NCBI GenBank assembly: GCA_012295275.1
Contig: CM022670.1
Coordinates: 35,960,001-36,024,000 of the forward strand
Reading direction: 5' to 3'
DNA length: 64,000 bases
DNA from: Chrysomallon squamiferum
Lineage: Eukaryota; Animalia; Mollusca
Positions 13,857 through 39,724 of the stretch are shown here, piece by piece (the first letter of the stretch is position 1; every line of letters begins with the position of its first letter). The position numbers were made by a program, and so were the translations under genes. The notes under the pieces are model-generated. The model had not been told where the DNA came from. It worked only from the letters and a program-made list of their open reading frames with translations, and ran no database searches.

Positions 13857-16666
13857 ATGGAAAAATTCAGAACAATGGGGAAAATAATTGTAATACTGTC
13901 AAAAGACGGTCGGAGAAGAGGCGCGAACTTGCAGTGTCTGGATAACAACGCGAACGTCAACGGGAAACACAACACCAGACAATGCAAGATAAAAAGTCTC
14001 CAAGGAGCCGGCCCTACCAGACAAGAAGTCATGGAGGCGTTTCTCGTCATGCCGGACATTAACGAAGACAGGCCGTACGACTGTCGAAAGCGAAAATCAA
14101 AAACTACGAAAGCGAAACTACACAGGACTCGATCAGATGACAAAGACGCGATAGACAGCTCTAAGCTGATGGTATCAAGAGCCTTCTCTAAAGGAAGCGA
14201 GCTCGACGACCTTCTAATAAATCTGCCGGACGAGGCAAAAGCAGAGCTGATACGGTCGATCTCTAAAAAGGACCTTCTTGAGGATGTCCTGTTGGATGAA
14301 GTGCTCAATGATTCGCCAAGGCCGTGGATGGTAGACTTGAATGACTCGCTGAAGAAAAGTATGAGCTCTGAGTTCTTCCAGCAAGAGTTACAAAAAGTTA
14401 TCTATGCATACAGAGAAGAAAGAGTGAGTACTTTGTTGTGTGTAGTAGATATGTACATCTGTGCATCAATAGAAACAGCTCATTTGTATGAATTCCAGTC
14501 CGTGTGTTGTTAATGATTGTCTTATGCGTTTTGCAGGTAGTGGATCGATTTAAAAAGAAGGCCAAAACTGTTATTAATATGCTGAGATTAGTTTCCACTC
14601 TGCGGTAATTACTTTTTTGTATTATACATCTTATATATCCGTCAATGTATGTATGAATGTATCTTTGTATATATGTATGCATATAACGTATGTAAATTTG
14701 TACGAATGTATATTTGTATGAATATATGTTTGTATATATGTATGTATACAACGTATGTAAGTTTGTACGAATGTATATTAGTATGTATGTATGAATGTGT
14801 ATATGTATATATGTATGTATAATATGTGTATGAGTAATCTATGAATATCTATGTATATTTGTCGTGCGTAAGTATTTTTGTATCTGTGTCACTATGTACG
14901 TGCGTATCAATGCAGATGCATATTAGTTAACTATCAGAAATGAATCTAATAAAATACTGTGACTTCAGACAAAGGCAGCGTCCGGTGGAGAAAAACTGGA
15001 AGTTTTTACCGTGGACACTCTTGTACGATCACCTGGGCTTGCACAGAAGAGAATACGAAAACCTTGGCCTGACCTTTGACCCTACCGAATTCAAACTGAA
15101 CAGAGAGGTATGCAAGGATTTCGTAAAGTTGTATCTGCATATTCACTGAATTAAAACTTTACCTTCTAATTCGGCTATTGCTTTTATATATATATATAAT
15201 ACTTTTATCTTCAAATTAAATTGTTACTAATTATCATACGTTACTTTGTCTTTAAACTGGATGGTTACCAATAACATTTAAGCTATTTACCTTCACAAGC
15301 GACTATTATTAATAATTTGTGTAATATTTTACCTCAAAATTCGTTTTGAATTCAGAGTCGTATAAGTAACGAAGCTAAGAAGATTCTTTGCATGGAACCG
15401 ACTGAACGGTCTGAAGAAGACCGCCATGTCGCCATGACATCATTGCAGCAGACAGTGGAAGCGTTCTGTGAATTCCCCCTGAAGATGCAGGAATCGTTAG
15501 TTAGAGTCGGCTGGTATGAACAGTAAGTAAAATTCAGATGTTTGCTGACGTAACATAAATATTCCATTCCAAAAAGCTCATCACTGTGCGTGGGAAAGTA
15601 CATTTTAAGTACTGCTAAGACAAACGACACACCACACAAACACACATACACACACATATATTATTACGTTTGTACATTTAGATATCTGTGTGCGTATGTG
15701 TGTGAGAGAGAGAGAGTTTATAAATATATGTATTTAGGTATAATGTACATACGAGTAAAAATACATACACTTATATGAAAATATTTGGTATAGTTTTTTA
15801 TATTTAATTCGTTTTTTCAAAGTGGTACCATGTAATACCTGAAATAGAATGATGATAAAAAAATGAATGGCTGATGGAATTATTAAGTTATATATATCTA
15901 AATATAGGATTGTTCTTCATTAATTAAATATTTTATTTTGAAAATTGAATGGTTTACAAATAAACAAATAATAAATAAATGAAATAACGTTGTGACGCAA
16001 AACCATCGGAATGTCTTCCTGGTATCAAATTATCAAGTATCTGCCTTAAACTCACAGATTATCAGAACTGACTCATGTGTGTTATGTGGATCTTCGGTTT
16101 AGAGTTATTTTATTTGTTTAGATTTGAAGGAGGCCGAGTTATCATTCGTCAAGGACATATCGCTGACAACTTTTACATGATTTTATCAGGGACAGGTAAG
16201 TGTTTTATCCCGAGAGAAGGCTTACCTTGAATTTTTGTGTTGATTTTATTTACCACTGCATTAGGATATACCGTTAAATACGCATATTCGTGCTGTTAAA
16301 TCTGCAAACAGAATGAATAACGTTATGCTTCAAATGAGGCTTTATTTTGAGACAAAATAAAATAATTATTAATCTTAATAAAGCGCTTTGTCTTGCCCAT
16401 CATTTTTAAAACGCGGTGTGCAGTCATTGTGGTGAAACACAGTTTTTACAATGTAACGGGCTTAATGACAATGAAAACAAGCACAGATCAGCGAAATGTA
16501 AGGAAATAAATATGTGTATGCTTCAGCTATTTCTGCTAAGATTTTTTGATGTTGTTGTTAATGATTTTAGCTGTTGTCACGATACTGAACACTGACAAAG
16601 TGACCGGTGAACAATACGTGCACACTGCAAATATCCTAGAGAAGGGATACTGCTTTGGGGTAATTA

Positions 16667-16748
<82 letters not shown>

Positions 16749-17008
16749 GACTTCTTTCTTTTTGTTACTCGTTTTCTCTCTCTGTCTCCCTCTTTTCCTT
16801 TTTCTGTGTCTCTTTCTATTTCTCTCAGTTTTAATATTATCATCTATTAAACAAGTCATGTTTTTTTTTAACTTCTACCTATAAAGCATTCATATAAATT
16901 TATTTTCTTTTTTAATATTTATCTTGTTCTTTTGTTTTCTTTTGTTTTTATTTGTTTGTTTATTTCGTTTTATTTTTTTTTTCTTGTTTTATTATTATTA
17001 TTATTATG

Positions 17009-17047
<39 letters not shown>

Positions 17048-17730
17048 AGTATTCGTATTATTTCGTTTTGTCTTGTTGTTTGGATGTTATTATTATTATT
17101 ATTATAATTTACCTGTGTTATCAGGAACTGGCTCTGATGCACCAAGCTAAGCGGAGTGCTACGGTCACGTGTCGAGGAAGCGTGGAGCTACTAGCTGTAG
17201 GCAGAGAGGATTTCATTGATATATTCATGAAAGCCGAACAAGGCAAAATTCCAGAACATCTGCTCTTTTTACGCAATTTGGAAATTTTGCGTGGCTGGCC
17301 GACAGAAATTGTACCTCATAACAATCCCAAAGCTTGTATTTTTCTGTATGTAAGGTAAACCGATCCACATTTGAGCGTGTGTTTTTTTTGTATAAGAGAA
17401 AGAGATGTACACGTTTTCCAATAGCGGACCTATATTTTGGTGGGCCCTGAAGCTTGAAATGTTATGGGGTCCTTTACAAGCACTTTTAGCTTATTCAGTG
17501 GCTTGTTTCATGACAGATAACCATAATTTGTTTTTTAATTTTACCTTGGTATCTCAGTTTTGCATTAAAATGTTTAAGCTTCTGGAGTTTCTGTGGGTTT
17601 AGGAATCCTCAGTGTCAGACACACACACACACACACACACACGCACGCACGCACGCACGCACGCACGCGCTTATATATATATATACACATTCATATATGT
17701 ATACGTATACGTTTATATACATACATATAT

Positions 17731-17812
<82 letters not shown>

Positions 17813-20800
17813 TGTTATTTGCACTATCAAACCAAAATACAGTAATAACTACTACGTTAAATAAATATCATATTACGTTGACCGTAATATTGTTAATTAG
17901 ATATCTTTTTATTAATCATTTTGTGAAATATGATTCTGAATAATGTTCTTTAATGAAATAGGATTTGGAAAAGACAAAATTAATAAAATTATATTAACTA
18001 TTATTCATTGTTATAAGACACTATAAACGTATTCAGTATTGAAAAAGTCATTATTATTGACCAATTTATTAATGTTATTAACCTCTAGCTAACAAACAAT
18101 GATTTCAGCACACCGAAGTAAATTTGGTCTAATTCGTCAAGAATTACGTTGATCTGTTATTTTTTTTTTTTTTTTACAGACGTGACTATGTGCTATGCAA
18201 AGACAGTAACGATTCAGACTGGATTTACTTCATCATGACTGGATCATGTCGCGTTCTCAAGTCTCTACATTCGGTTAAACCATCCATTCGCAAATCAAAG
18301 TCCTTCCAGTCCAGATCTACTTCATCAAGTTGGTGTAAACTTATTAAATTAACTAAAAACAATAATGAGAATAATATTATAAAAATGATAACGAAGAGAA
18401 ATTTCCTGTAGTATTTCTCAGAAATTAGAGTACTTTATTTCCGTCTCTGTGTAACTAAGTATGAATGGTCTGGAGATTGCTGATAGAGCTATAGCCTGAG
18501 AAGGTATTGGACGCTGGATCAATCCTTCTCAAAGCTCCGACTCATGTATTTCTCGTTCCAGTCAAATCTCGAATAGTGTTTTTTCTGTTTGCGGGAAGAT
18601 ACATAAAAGATTCCTTGCTTTTATTAATCAGTGATACGAGTCCAAAGAGTTGCAGTTTCCTCTCTCATAAAACAGCTATGAACATTCTTAATATCTCATG
18701 TTTAAGATATAATAACTATTAAAATTATGTTGAATTGTCGCATCTTCTTTAACTGCAGTTGTGTCTTTAAACCTGTTTGTTTTATGACTTTGGATGTCGT
18801 TTATAGATTCTTTTAGAAAGGTTTAAAACACTGAACTTGTCATATATAAAGTTTCAGGAACGCGATTAAGTGATGTCGACTCAAACACAACATCACAAAG
18901 TTCTAGTCCAACGACGTTAACGTATCAGATACCGAAAAAAGCACGACGTCATGGCATTGTGATATCGGTACCTGTGACGACAGAGATAAAACGATCTCGG
19001 TCTATTCCTGTAGTTAAAATGCGAACAGAAGAAGAACGTGAGTATTAGCTTCTTTGACACTGAAAAGAATCAGGAGACAGTATAAATAAATTAGACGTGT
19101 ATTAGCTTTAGATGTCCTATTAATTCTGAAACAATTTGAATTCAGTAAATTCCATTACTGATTGTCTATTAATTGTTGAAAAAAAAAACAAAAAAAAACA
19201 ACAAACCTAAAACAATCTGAATGTATGGAAATTTCTCTGATAACACCATTTCACTCTCATGTTTTCAATGAAATTTTCTTTCTCATTTAGTGCGTCTTGA
19301 AGTTCAGGAACATTATGAAAAACTGAACAATGTCCATAACAGACTGCATCCCAAACTGTCGACGGTGGATCACAAGAAAGTTCTGGACGCTGTGTTCGAC
19401 GAGAGACGACTTCTTCCTCCAGTAAGTGGACGTCAGGTATGTATGACCAAGACGTGTTGCGACTCTGTCATCACGAAACTACTGTGTCCTACAAACAGAC
19501 GTTGTATCATTTCAAAAATTTCTTCTGAATTAGTTAATGGATCTTGTGTAACGACTGAGTTCTTTGACCCTCAGATGTAAGCACTGTAAACAGTTTATAC
19601 ATTTAGACAGGTTCAAATAAATCTAACTGATACGAGTTGACGTTAGCATATTTGTGGTAGAGACAGACAGAAACCTTCTAAACATAACCAACGGATAACT
19701 AGAGTTTTTACAAATACAATGAGAAGTTGTATCCGTAACCACAGTTCTTTGGCTCATCTTAAAGAATATAGTATGTTCGTCAATAAATGACCCAGAAACA
19801 GAAACATAATATTATTATTTCTGTTCGTTTTGTCAGTCCATGTGTTCAAGTTACTGCATTCTTGTTGTAGCCAAAAATTGCTCTGCCAGAACTCAAAATC
19901 CCATACATTAGTCTCATTAAATCTCATTCTGTTACGATTTCAACCAGTGAGGTCTAACGCACAGAACTTTATTTCTGAAATATTTAATATTAATGTTTTA
20001 AAATTTAAAAGTAACACTGATGTCACGGTGACTAGCCTAAGTAGCATAAATCCCTAAAATTTTGGGCTGTCCTGTCTAAAGGGCGGCAGACTATAATGGC
20101 GTCACGTGACAAGGTGTTAATGATCTGAGACAGCTTAAACTACTAAATGACTATTCTGTATCCACTAGAGAACCGTAACGCAAACAAAAATTGTATATAG
20201 GTAATTGTTTTTTATATAAATATTTCACATAAATTAACCATCATTGGTAACATATAATGTAATCGTACGATTCGACGATACACTATAAAAGCAATTAGCG
20301 TTGATTGATAATACTAAACTAATTAAGGCCAATTGGTTACCTTAACTTTCTAACTTATCTTTTAGTTATTAATATACGTTATCTTAGTTTTTAAGCGTAA
20401 GTACGTACCACAGAATAACACAATAAAGTATCCAACAGTAGTATCAATCAGCATATATGTTACATACAAAAACAATTTAAACCATAATTACCATTGCCTC
20501 AGTGATCCTTTGTCTTGCGCAGACGGCCCTCAGACAACGTGTCGGAAGAAGGCGCACCAATCAAACGATCTCGTTTAAAACGCCTCTGCAGACAGCCTGT
20601 CTGAATTTACTTTGCAACTTTAATTTTGAGTTTGTTAATCCCAGTGTTTCTTAGTTGATAAAATTCCCCTAATTATGTAATACAGCTTCTAAACAGCCCA
20701 TGGACGTCTGCATACACTCTGCTATTTAGCTTTTGTGTATTTATCCCCATTTTCTGACATTAATTAGGTAAACATTTAATAACTGTAAAAAATATGAATT

Positions 20801-21679
20801 ATAAACATGATTTACACGATAGCTGATTACATATTAAGGTAATATATTTAATATAAACTGTAGCGGACATTCTTCTTTAAATGGGCATATAAAAATAAGG
20901 TTTTTTGTGTGAATATCATATAATTCACTACATAGAAATCAAAATTATGAATAAAAACAAGCCTGTCAAAGAGGCACTAATGAGGTTCCGTCACAACTAC
21001 TAAAGTTGATAGCCCAATACAGTTAAATATGACTGACATTATCAGACCATTCACGCAGTGGTATCTATCACTTCTATATTCATTTCTTATTTCACTATAT
21101 CCTTCTTGTTTGTTTGTTTATTCTGTTGTTTATTTATGTTTTGTTGTTGTTGTTGTTGTTTTTTTACTTTCACTAAAGTAATCATTTTTATTTCAGACAC
21201 AACAATATGATTCCACACTGCAAAGGCGAATTAAATATAAAGACAATGAAGAAACTAACCCAGATATTTTCATAGAAGTAGCAAAGCTGGGACCAGGTGA
21301 TGTATACGTGAGTATGGCGTGAGCAAAACTTTCTTTTTTTTTTTTTCTTTAAATAACAATACTGACTGACAGTAATAACTGACAAATTACTTTTATTATC
21401 AGGGAAGATATATCTATCATATTATTTTTTTATTTTTATAATTATATGAATTTCTTTTTTTCTTCTTATTTTTTTTATTTTTTTTTCAATTTTTTATTAT
21501 TTTTTTTAAACAGTTTTGAGGGATGACGATTATTTTATATCGAAACATGCTGACGTACAGATAATATTAAAAAACAAATTATTTATTTACTTACTTATTT
21601 ATTTATATATTCTCTAATTATTGTTTTCTTTGTTATTGCACTGTGTTGCTGACGTCGTTCTGTTTTTATTTATTTGTAT

Positions 21680-21752
<73 letters not shown>

Positions 21753-22728
21753 AAAATTTCTTTTTAATTCTTTTTTCATGGATGGTTTAAAATAAATGTC
21801 GTTTAAGTTTGTGTTAAATATACAAATTTAATTCAGGGTTTGGAACAGGTGATAATGAATGGAATTCGAGAAACGACAAGCACCAGTCTCATATCTGACG
21901 GATCTGAATGTATTCTCCTCAACAGAAAATTCTTCAGAAAACACCTTTCAGAAGATGTTGCAAAACGAATGAGGACTGAGGTATGTTATTTCCTCTTTAT
22001 TCTCTATTATATTTATTAATTTGTGCATTTAAAACATAGAACACATTTTATATATTTTGTCTTACTTTTATCTAGTCTTTGCTAATAATAAAGTACAAAA
22101 ATAAAATAACAGACCCAACGAGAATAATATAGACAGATATTTGACGTCATTAGTGTCTATAGTCGAGATGATGATAAAGATGATATAAAAGATAGTAGTA
22201 TACGTAGTAACAGAAGTAGTAGTAGCAGCAGAGTCAATGTAGTAGTAATAACAGTGGTAGTTGTAGCAGCTATAGAAGTAGTAGTAGATGGAGTTAAAGA
22301 GGCAGTGGTGATGGTAATGGTAGTAATAGAAGTAGTAGTAGCAGTAGAAGTAGCAGAAATAGTAGTTGTAGCGGTAGTAGTAGTAGTAGTATAGTAGTAG
22401 TAGTAGTAGTAGAAGTGGCTGTTACGTTAATACAGTGGATCAGTAGTATTAATAACAGTTCGTATTAAAAAAATAAAAACAACAAAACGACAAACAAAGA
22501 AACAAAGAAAATAAATAAAACAAAACAAAACACAAAAACATAAAAATACTGATACGTAGTTGTAAATTGAACATCATAATGTCATTTCAGGTTCAGCCAC
22601 TGCCTTCTGAAGACGTGTTGCAGCGAAAGCTACAAAACCAGATAGACTGGGAAGCCTTCAGACACATGACCGTTAGCGAGCAGGTTGCGTACAAACAGCA
22701 CGTTGAAAGAACTATTCTGAAATACTGA
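13857..22728 (+). CDS. CNBD2: Cyclic nucleotide-binding domain-containing protein 2-like, paralog A (~733 aa, 13 exons)
   Basis: GT-AG exons with consistent phases: 13857-14423, 14537-14604, 14969-15107, 15356-15522, 16122-16195, 16571-16659, 17125-17354, 18180-18328, 18858-19037, 19291-19436, 21197-21307, 21837-21980, 22591-22728 (TGA); total 2202 nt. Motifs: LTFDPTEFK, RVIIRQGHIADNFYMILSG, phosphate-binding cassette FGELALMHQAKRSATV, a second degenerate CNB domain (DSDWIYFIMTGSC ... KLGPGDVYG ... SLISDGSECILL) and C-terminal LQNQIDWEAFR. The symbol denotes family likeness only; the true start may lie upstream. Confidence 0.88.
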
Positions 22729-22936
22729 AGGATTTTTCAATATGGAACAGTTACAGCGTGTGCTAAACATAAAAACCATGGATGAAGGAATATTTGCTTG
22801 GCGAACAGTGAGTCTTCTGTCACTATATGGACAAAGAAATGAAAAAGACACATACTGTCGTTTCACAAGATATGTTTCATGAGTCCTAACTTTTTTGTTG
22901 AGTATATTAATCCAGATGTCAGTTCCTGCTACTTAA

Positions 22937-22980
<44 letters not shown>

Positions 22981-23186
22981 GTATACTGGTTTTAAAGGTA
23001 ATATAAATTCCTAATGATCAGATGATTATTAAACGTGATCTGAATTTTTAGTATGAAAGCCAAGACATTTTATATTATATTTATAACGGTAAAAATAAAA
23101 AAAGAGATATTGTTTCCAAAATAGACGAGCATGAACGTAAATAATATATTTTCTTAGTACAAAAGGGTATTTTGTCTCAGAATATC

Positions 23187-23221
<35 letters not shown>

Positions 23222-23549
23222 AAGGCTTATTTGCATTATTTCAGTATTCAAAAAGGAATTTTTTTTCAAACTTTACTACAAAAAAAGTCCAGTGAATTAT
23301 ATTTTTCTTCATTTCTTGCTATTGCGAAACCTACTTACACATTCTCATTACCCCTTTGACTAAACGTGTATTGAACAAGTGTCATTTTTCACGTACCCAA
23401 CTGAAAAGCCATTTTAGCATGACACGTTAACAATGCCATGATTTACTAGCATAAAAAGAAAAAGAAAATAGAACAAAAAAACAAAAAAACAAAAAAAAAA
23501 CAAGAAAGAAAACGGAAAAAGACGAATACTCTGTAGGTAAATTCATTTA

Positions 23550-24064
23550 CTGTAAGTCCTCGATTTAACGGATCCCTATTTCACGCGATGCCCCCCCCCA
23601 TTCGTCATACTAAGTGACGTCGTGGGGTGGGGATGCAATACATCCTCATATTCCTTAATATTTTACAATACATAATAAAATTTAATATCTTCTGTTTGCT
23701 TTATAGCTTTTTGATCATAAACTGTCAACATTTTTTTTTTTTTTTTAATTTAATGTTTCATACTGCATATTAAATGTTTTTCTTTTTTTTTTTTTCTTTC
23801 TTAAATAACAGTTTTATAATATTAAAATATTATCTTTTTAAAACATTTATGGGACAAAAATGTGATCGAAATCAAGAGCTTAAATTCCTCTGAACCGAAG
23901 GAGGCCATCCGTATTTCATGATATCCTGTCCTGTAGGTCATATTAGAAGTAAATACCGTGGGGTGGGGATGAATTACATCCTCATATTCATCAATATTAT
24001 ACAATATATCATAAAATGTATATCTTCTGTTTGCTTTTTTGTATACTGATCATAACTGTCAACA

Positions 24065-24095
<31 letters not shown>

Positions 24096-24233
24096 GTGTT
24101 TCATACTGCATATTAAATGTTTGTTGTTGTATTTTGTGGCTTTTTTTTTTGCTTTTTTTTATGTCCCTTTTAAAATATTTTACACTGGATATTCCTTCAC
24201 GACTGTTAGTTCCGTTAAATCGAGGTTTCACTG
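23550..24233. mobile_element. Tc1/mariner-pogo (Tigger-like) MITE
   Basis: TIRs CTGTAAGTCCTCGATTTAACGGA (23550) and reverse complement CAGTGAAACCTCGATTTAACGGA (ends 24233), 19/23 identical, TA on both flanks. Internal ~170 bp duplication (about 23620-23790 vs 23957-24120). Confidence 0.8.
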
Positions 24234-24979
24234 TATGTCAACATACATCATTAACGTTTCTGGTAAGATTACTTAAAACTATTCGACATTTCGTTTTACT
24301 GTTTCGGATATACACGTAAGTCAGTGGAATTTTATTTTGTTATCTTTTTCTTTTTTTATGATAATAATAAAGGTTTTATTATTATTAGTTGTTTATTTTG
24401 TTTTGTTTTATTTTATTTTATTTATTTATTCATTTTATTTTATTTTATTTATTCATTCATTCATTCATTCATTCATTTTATTTTATTTATTTATTTTATT
24501 TTATTTATTTATGTGTCTGTCTGTCTGTTTGTTTGTTTGTTATTTTTATTTGCTTATTTAATTCTTTTTTTTTTTACTTTATATTTCCAAACGGTTTGCT
24601 TTTCTTTTTCATCTGTTGTTTGATTTTTTCTTATGGAAATACCCGACAACTGAGGCAGTATAAAATGTCCGAACATTCCAGAAAAACTACACAAACGAGG
24701 CCTGACGTTTTAAGCTAATTTCTTCACACTTAGCCTGAAAGGAAATATCCATAATTCATTGTCAGCCACTGTAAACACACCATAAATATTCAGTCTAAAA
24801 GGGTACAAAAAGAAATAAAATAAGAAATAACAACCAAAAAAAATATTTTAAATATTTTCACCACGATATATATATTATTATTTTTTTTTTTTTTTTTTTT
24901 TTTTTTTTGAGTTACATTCTAAAATTTCGTATACAATTATTAACAAAACCAAGGTTTCGACACCATTCGTTCTCAAGTG

Positions 24980-25015
<36 letters not shown>

Positions 25016-26189
25016 TTAAAAAAACAAACAAAAAAACACCATATTATGTATAGTTTTAAATTACCTTACATAAACATATATTTATAAAGGAATGGAAACA
25101 AGAATAACTGCAATTTAACGGCAGAGTGACTATGTATATATATATACTAATGTCGCAATTCAAACATAAGAAACGGAAATACTACTTATCTATTGTGTGA
25201 CGTCATTTCCTTGACATAAATAACTTGACAACAGTAACAACGGTCATTTCAGTTCCAGACACCGAGGTGTAAAAATCTCAGTCACCAACAGTTTGCAGCT
25301 GAAGTTCTCGACCAAAACTGAGCAGCGTTTAAAAGTTTAGAAATTATTAACAAGGAGACTGCGTTGATTATTGCTTCAAATATTGTAACTTTTCAACAAT
25401 TGTACAAATTCACAGACTTGCGTTATTCGGTATGGAAACTGAAACAGAATCGTTTCCACAGAAACATCGTTCCTCAAACTGTGTCCACGCAGAAATAAGA
25501 CAGGTGACTAGTACACTGGGGACATTTGTAAGAGTACCTGGAATGTGAAGAAAAGCAAGGAAGCGGCAAAAGTAACAGATCTTATGGAGCCCACGTTTTG
25601 AAAAGAACAACCAGAATGTTATTTACGATCGGAATCACGCAAACCCACTTTACCAACATCTTGTCTTGAACTCCATAATGCATTTCACAGCACACACACA
25701 TATGTAATATATGAATGTATATATGTATATGTATATATGTATGTGTGTGTTTATATATATGGATGTATGTTTGTGTATGTGTCTGTGCATATATTTATGT
25801 ATGGATATAAATATAAATACACACACACACACATATATATATATACATTTAGTATCTGTGTTATCTGTGTGTGTTTGTGTGCGTTTATACACACACAGAT
25901 AGATTACTATTTATATTCACGCACATAAACATACAGACAAAAACAAATTTAAACATGTATACATACACAAATATATATATATATATATAAACTTTCATAT
26001 GATTAAAAACATACATAAATATACAAACACACATTCATACACAGACAAAAACATACACATACGTACATACAAACAGAAACACACACATAGTTTTAGACAT
26101 ACAAACACAAGCGTGTATATACAAAGAAACAAACATTCCCACATACATACATTATATTTGACAGGAGGTTATCATTTGTACCCCATCTA

Positions 26190-26587
26190 AAATAAGTTAA
26201 AAACAAGACCCAGATACCCTCAGTATTTTAAAAGTTATTGGCAATAAAGACTCCGGCTTTATGGATTTTTGATAAGATCTAAACTGGATTATAGATGCAT
26301 TGTGCATGGGTCTTATTTACAGATCTTGGATCCTATAAGTCAACCAGGATCTTAAACTTTGTCATGCAGCATTTAGTACTTCAGTCGTCGATATTTTCTA
26401 CAATGATGCGTATGAAGCTTATCTCTGCAGTATGCTGCCACGATATAAAATCATTACCAGAACATTCTGCATGTAACTCGATGTTTGATAACAAAAATGT
26501 GAACTTGTTTGATTCGAGGCTAAATGCCATACGTACTTTTGGCCTTGATATCAGACACTTTTTATTTGGTTCCAGCATTTTGAAAAC

Positions 26588-26635
<48 letters not shown>

Positions 26636-27420
26636 TTTATATATTTTTACCACCGAAGATTATATTGGATTTAGTGCAGTTGAAATAAGACTTACAGATG
26701 CATCTATGTATCAGCAGCTTTTCAAAGAAATTCAAGATAGGTACCGTGACTACATTGCTTTCTATATACGAGATGGGAAGTCTGTGGCTTTTGCTGCAGC
26801 TTTCCCATCAAACACAGACGAAATTTGGGTAATCTTTAAAACCATGGATGAAATAGAAAAGAGCTCTTCATCCAAGTACATTATTTGTACATAATCACTT
26901 TCGTGACTCCAAGCTTTACAATATATGGAGCTCGATCGATCATCCCTTAATTGTGGGATATTGCAAATAAGGACATTACTTTTTGCTGGATATCCATCCA
27001 TATTGTCATAAAGAGTAATGCCAAGCCAGACTCTGCTGTGTGTTAAAGTTGGTAGCATCCAGTCACTTTTTTTTTTTTTTTAAACAACTTAACAGCCATA
27101 ATATCGTTTCCTCTTGACAAAATGACTGGAATGTGAAGCCTGCCCTGGGAGATTGGCAGTCCTCATACAAGCAGTGCTGGAAGACGAAACTGTCTTGTGT
27201 TGTGTCTGCATTGATTCATTTGTATATTTTAAAGAAAGACCCTCTACCTCAGTGCGAACGCTGTCGGTGAACTTTTTATAGTTTCCCATATTTTGGAAGA
27301 ATGTAGTCATCTTGGTTAAGTTGATGAGTCAAGGAATGATATATATTATGTCGATATGGTATAAACCTTTTATAAACTTTTTAAAGAAAACTTCTTTTTA
27401 TAATAAATTTTAAAATTTCA
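26190..27420 (+). mobile_element. Decayed non-LTR retrotransposon 3' fragment (I/Nimb-like; RT C-terminus, RNase H, CCHC knuckle)
   Basis: Frameshifted remnants SKLDYRCIVHGS..LDPI..NQDLKLCHAAFSTS, RYRDYIAFY..DGK.VAFAA, KYIICT*SLS*LQAL, and KKDPLPQCERC. Interrupted by a (CA)n tract and stop codons. Confidence 0.8.
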
Positions 27421-27924
27421 GTCGAATATGATATTTATATCTTGCACAGCTCTTTACACTATGGTTTATAAAGGTTTATTTTGATATTTATATACGATTT
27501 TACTGTTTAATTTTATATAAATCATTTTCACTTTCATACTTCTGTCTGACACCCAAAAGACGATATGATTCATTCATTCATCTCAAGATAAATATTTGTT
27601 TCCATTAATGTTAACAATCAGTGATAACGATTTGTTATTTGAATTTAGATTAAAGTTGATATAAGCACGAAAGACCTTACTACCAAACAGAAGTACTAGC
27701 GCCGTACCAGATATAGGCATAAGTTAAACAGTTAAGGGGCCTCCAAAAAAAAAAATAGTATTAAATTCAGTATAAAAATTTTGGAATATGAAGGTACATT
27801 TGTTTAACAGGCGAAAAATAATAATAATAAAAATAAAATAAATAAAACATTCCCATTTCGTTTTATTTTAATTAGGAATTTATTATTATTACTGTCTTCT
27901 TGATTTTTAAATGAATGTTGCTAA

Positions 27925-27959
<35 letters not shown>

Positions 27960-28332
27960 CACATTAAAACAAAAACCCTTCGTCAGTGGATACATTTTAT
28001 TTCATTTTTATGATAACAAGTTCTATCAAGAAACAAAATATACAAGATCTCCTGAGTGGTGACAATGTTTTTCGACAAGTAAATAATTATAACCTGTAAG
28101 AAGTCCTATTTAAAATTGTCTTGTTCTTAGAAACTTCAGTTACAATTAGCATTAATCTGCTCGGATGTATTTAACAGCAAAATTACAAATTTTAGCTCAC
28201 CGGGATTACTGAAATTTATAACTGCGTCGATCATGCAAAGGCTGTTAACATTAATGTATTACTACTATTAATAATTGCTACGTGAAACCGGAAGTAAATA
28301 AACCATAAAAATTAGGAATGTCGCAAAGGTTT

Positions 28333-39724
<11,392 letters not shown>

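Noticed and set aside
13739-14308. 189-aa antisense ORF
   Set aside because: Shadow of the CNBD exon plus a (TTA)n tract; no independent features.
20523-20600. GC-richer candidate extra exon of paralog A (TALRQRVGRRRTNQ...)
   Set aside because: The acceptor is plausible but I found no good phase-0 donor, and the model is in frame without it. Left out, not disproven.
26295-26894. 199-aa ORF as a host gene
   Set aside because: It is a frameshift mosaic of a decayed LINE with a (CA)n insertion.
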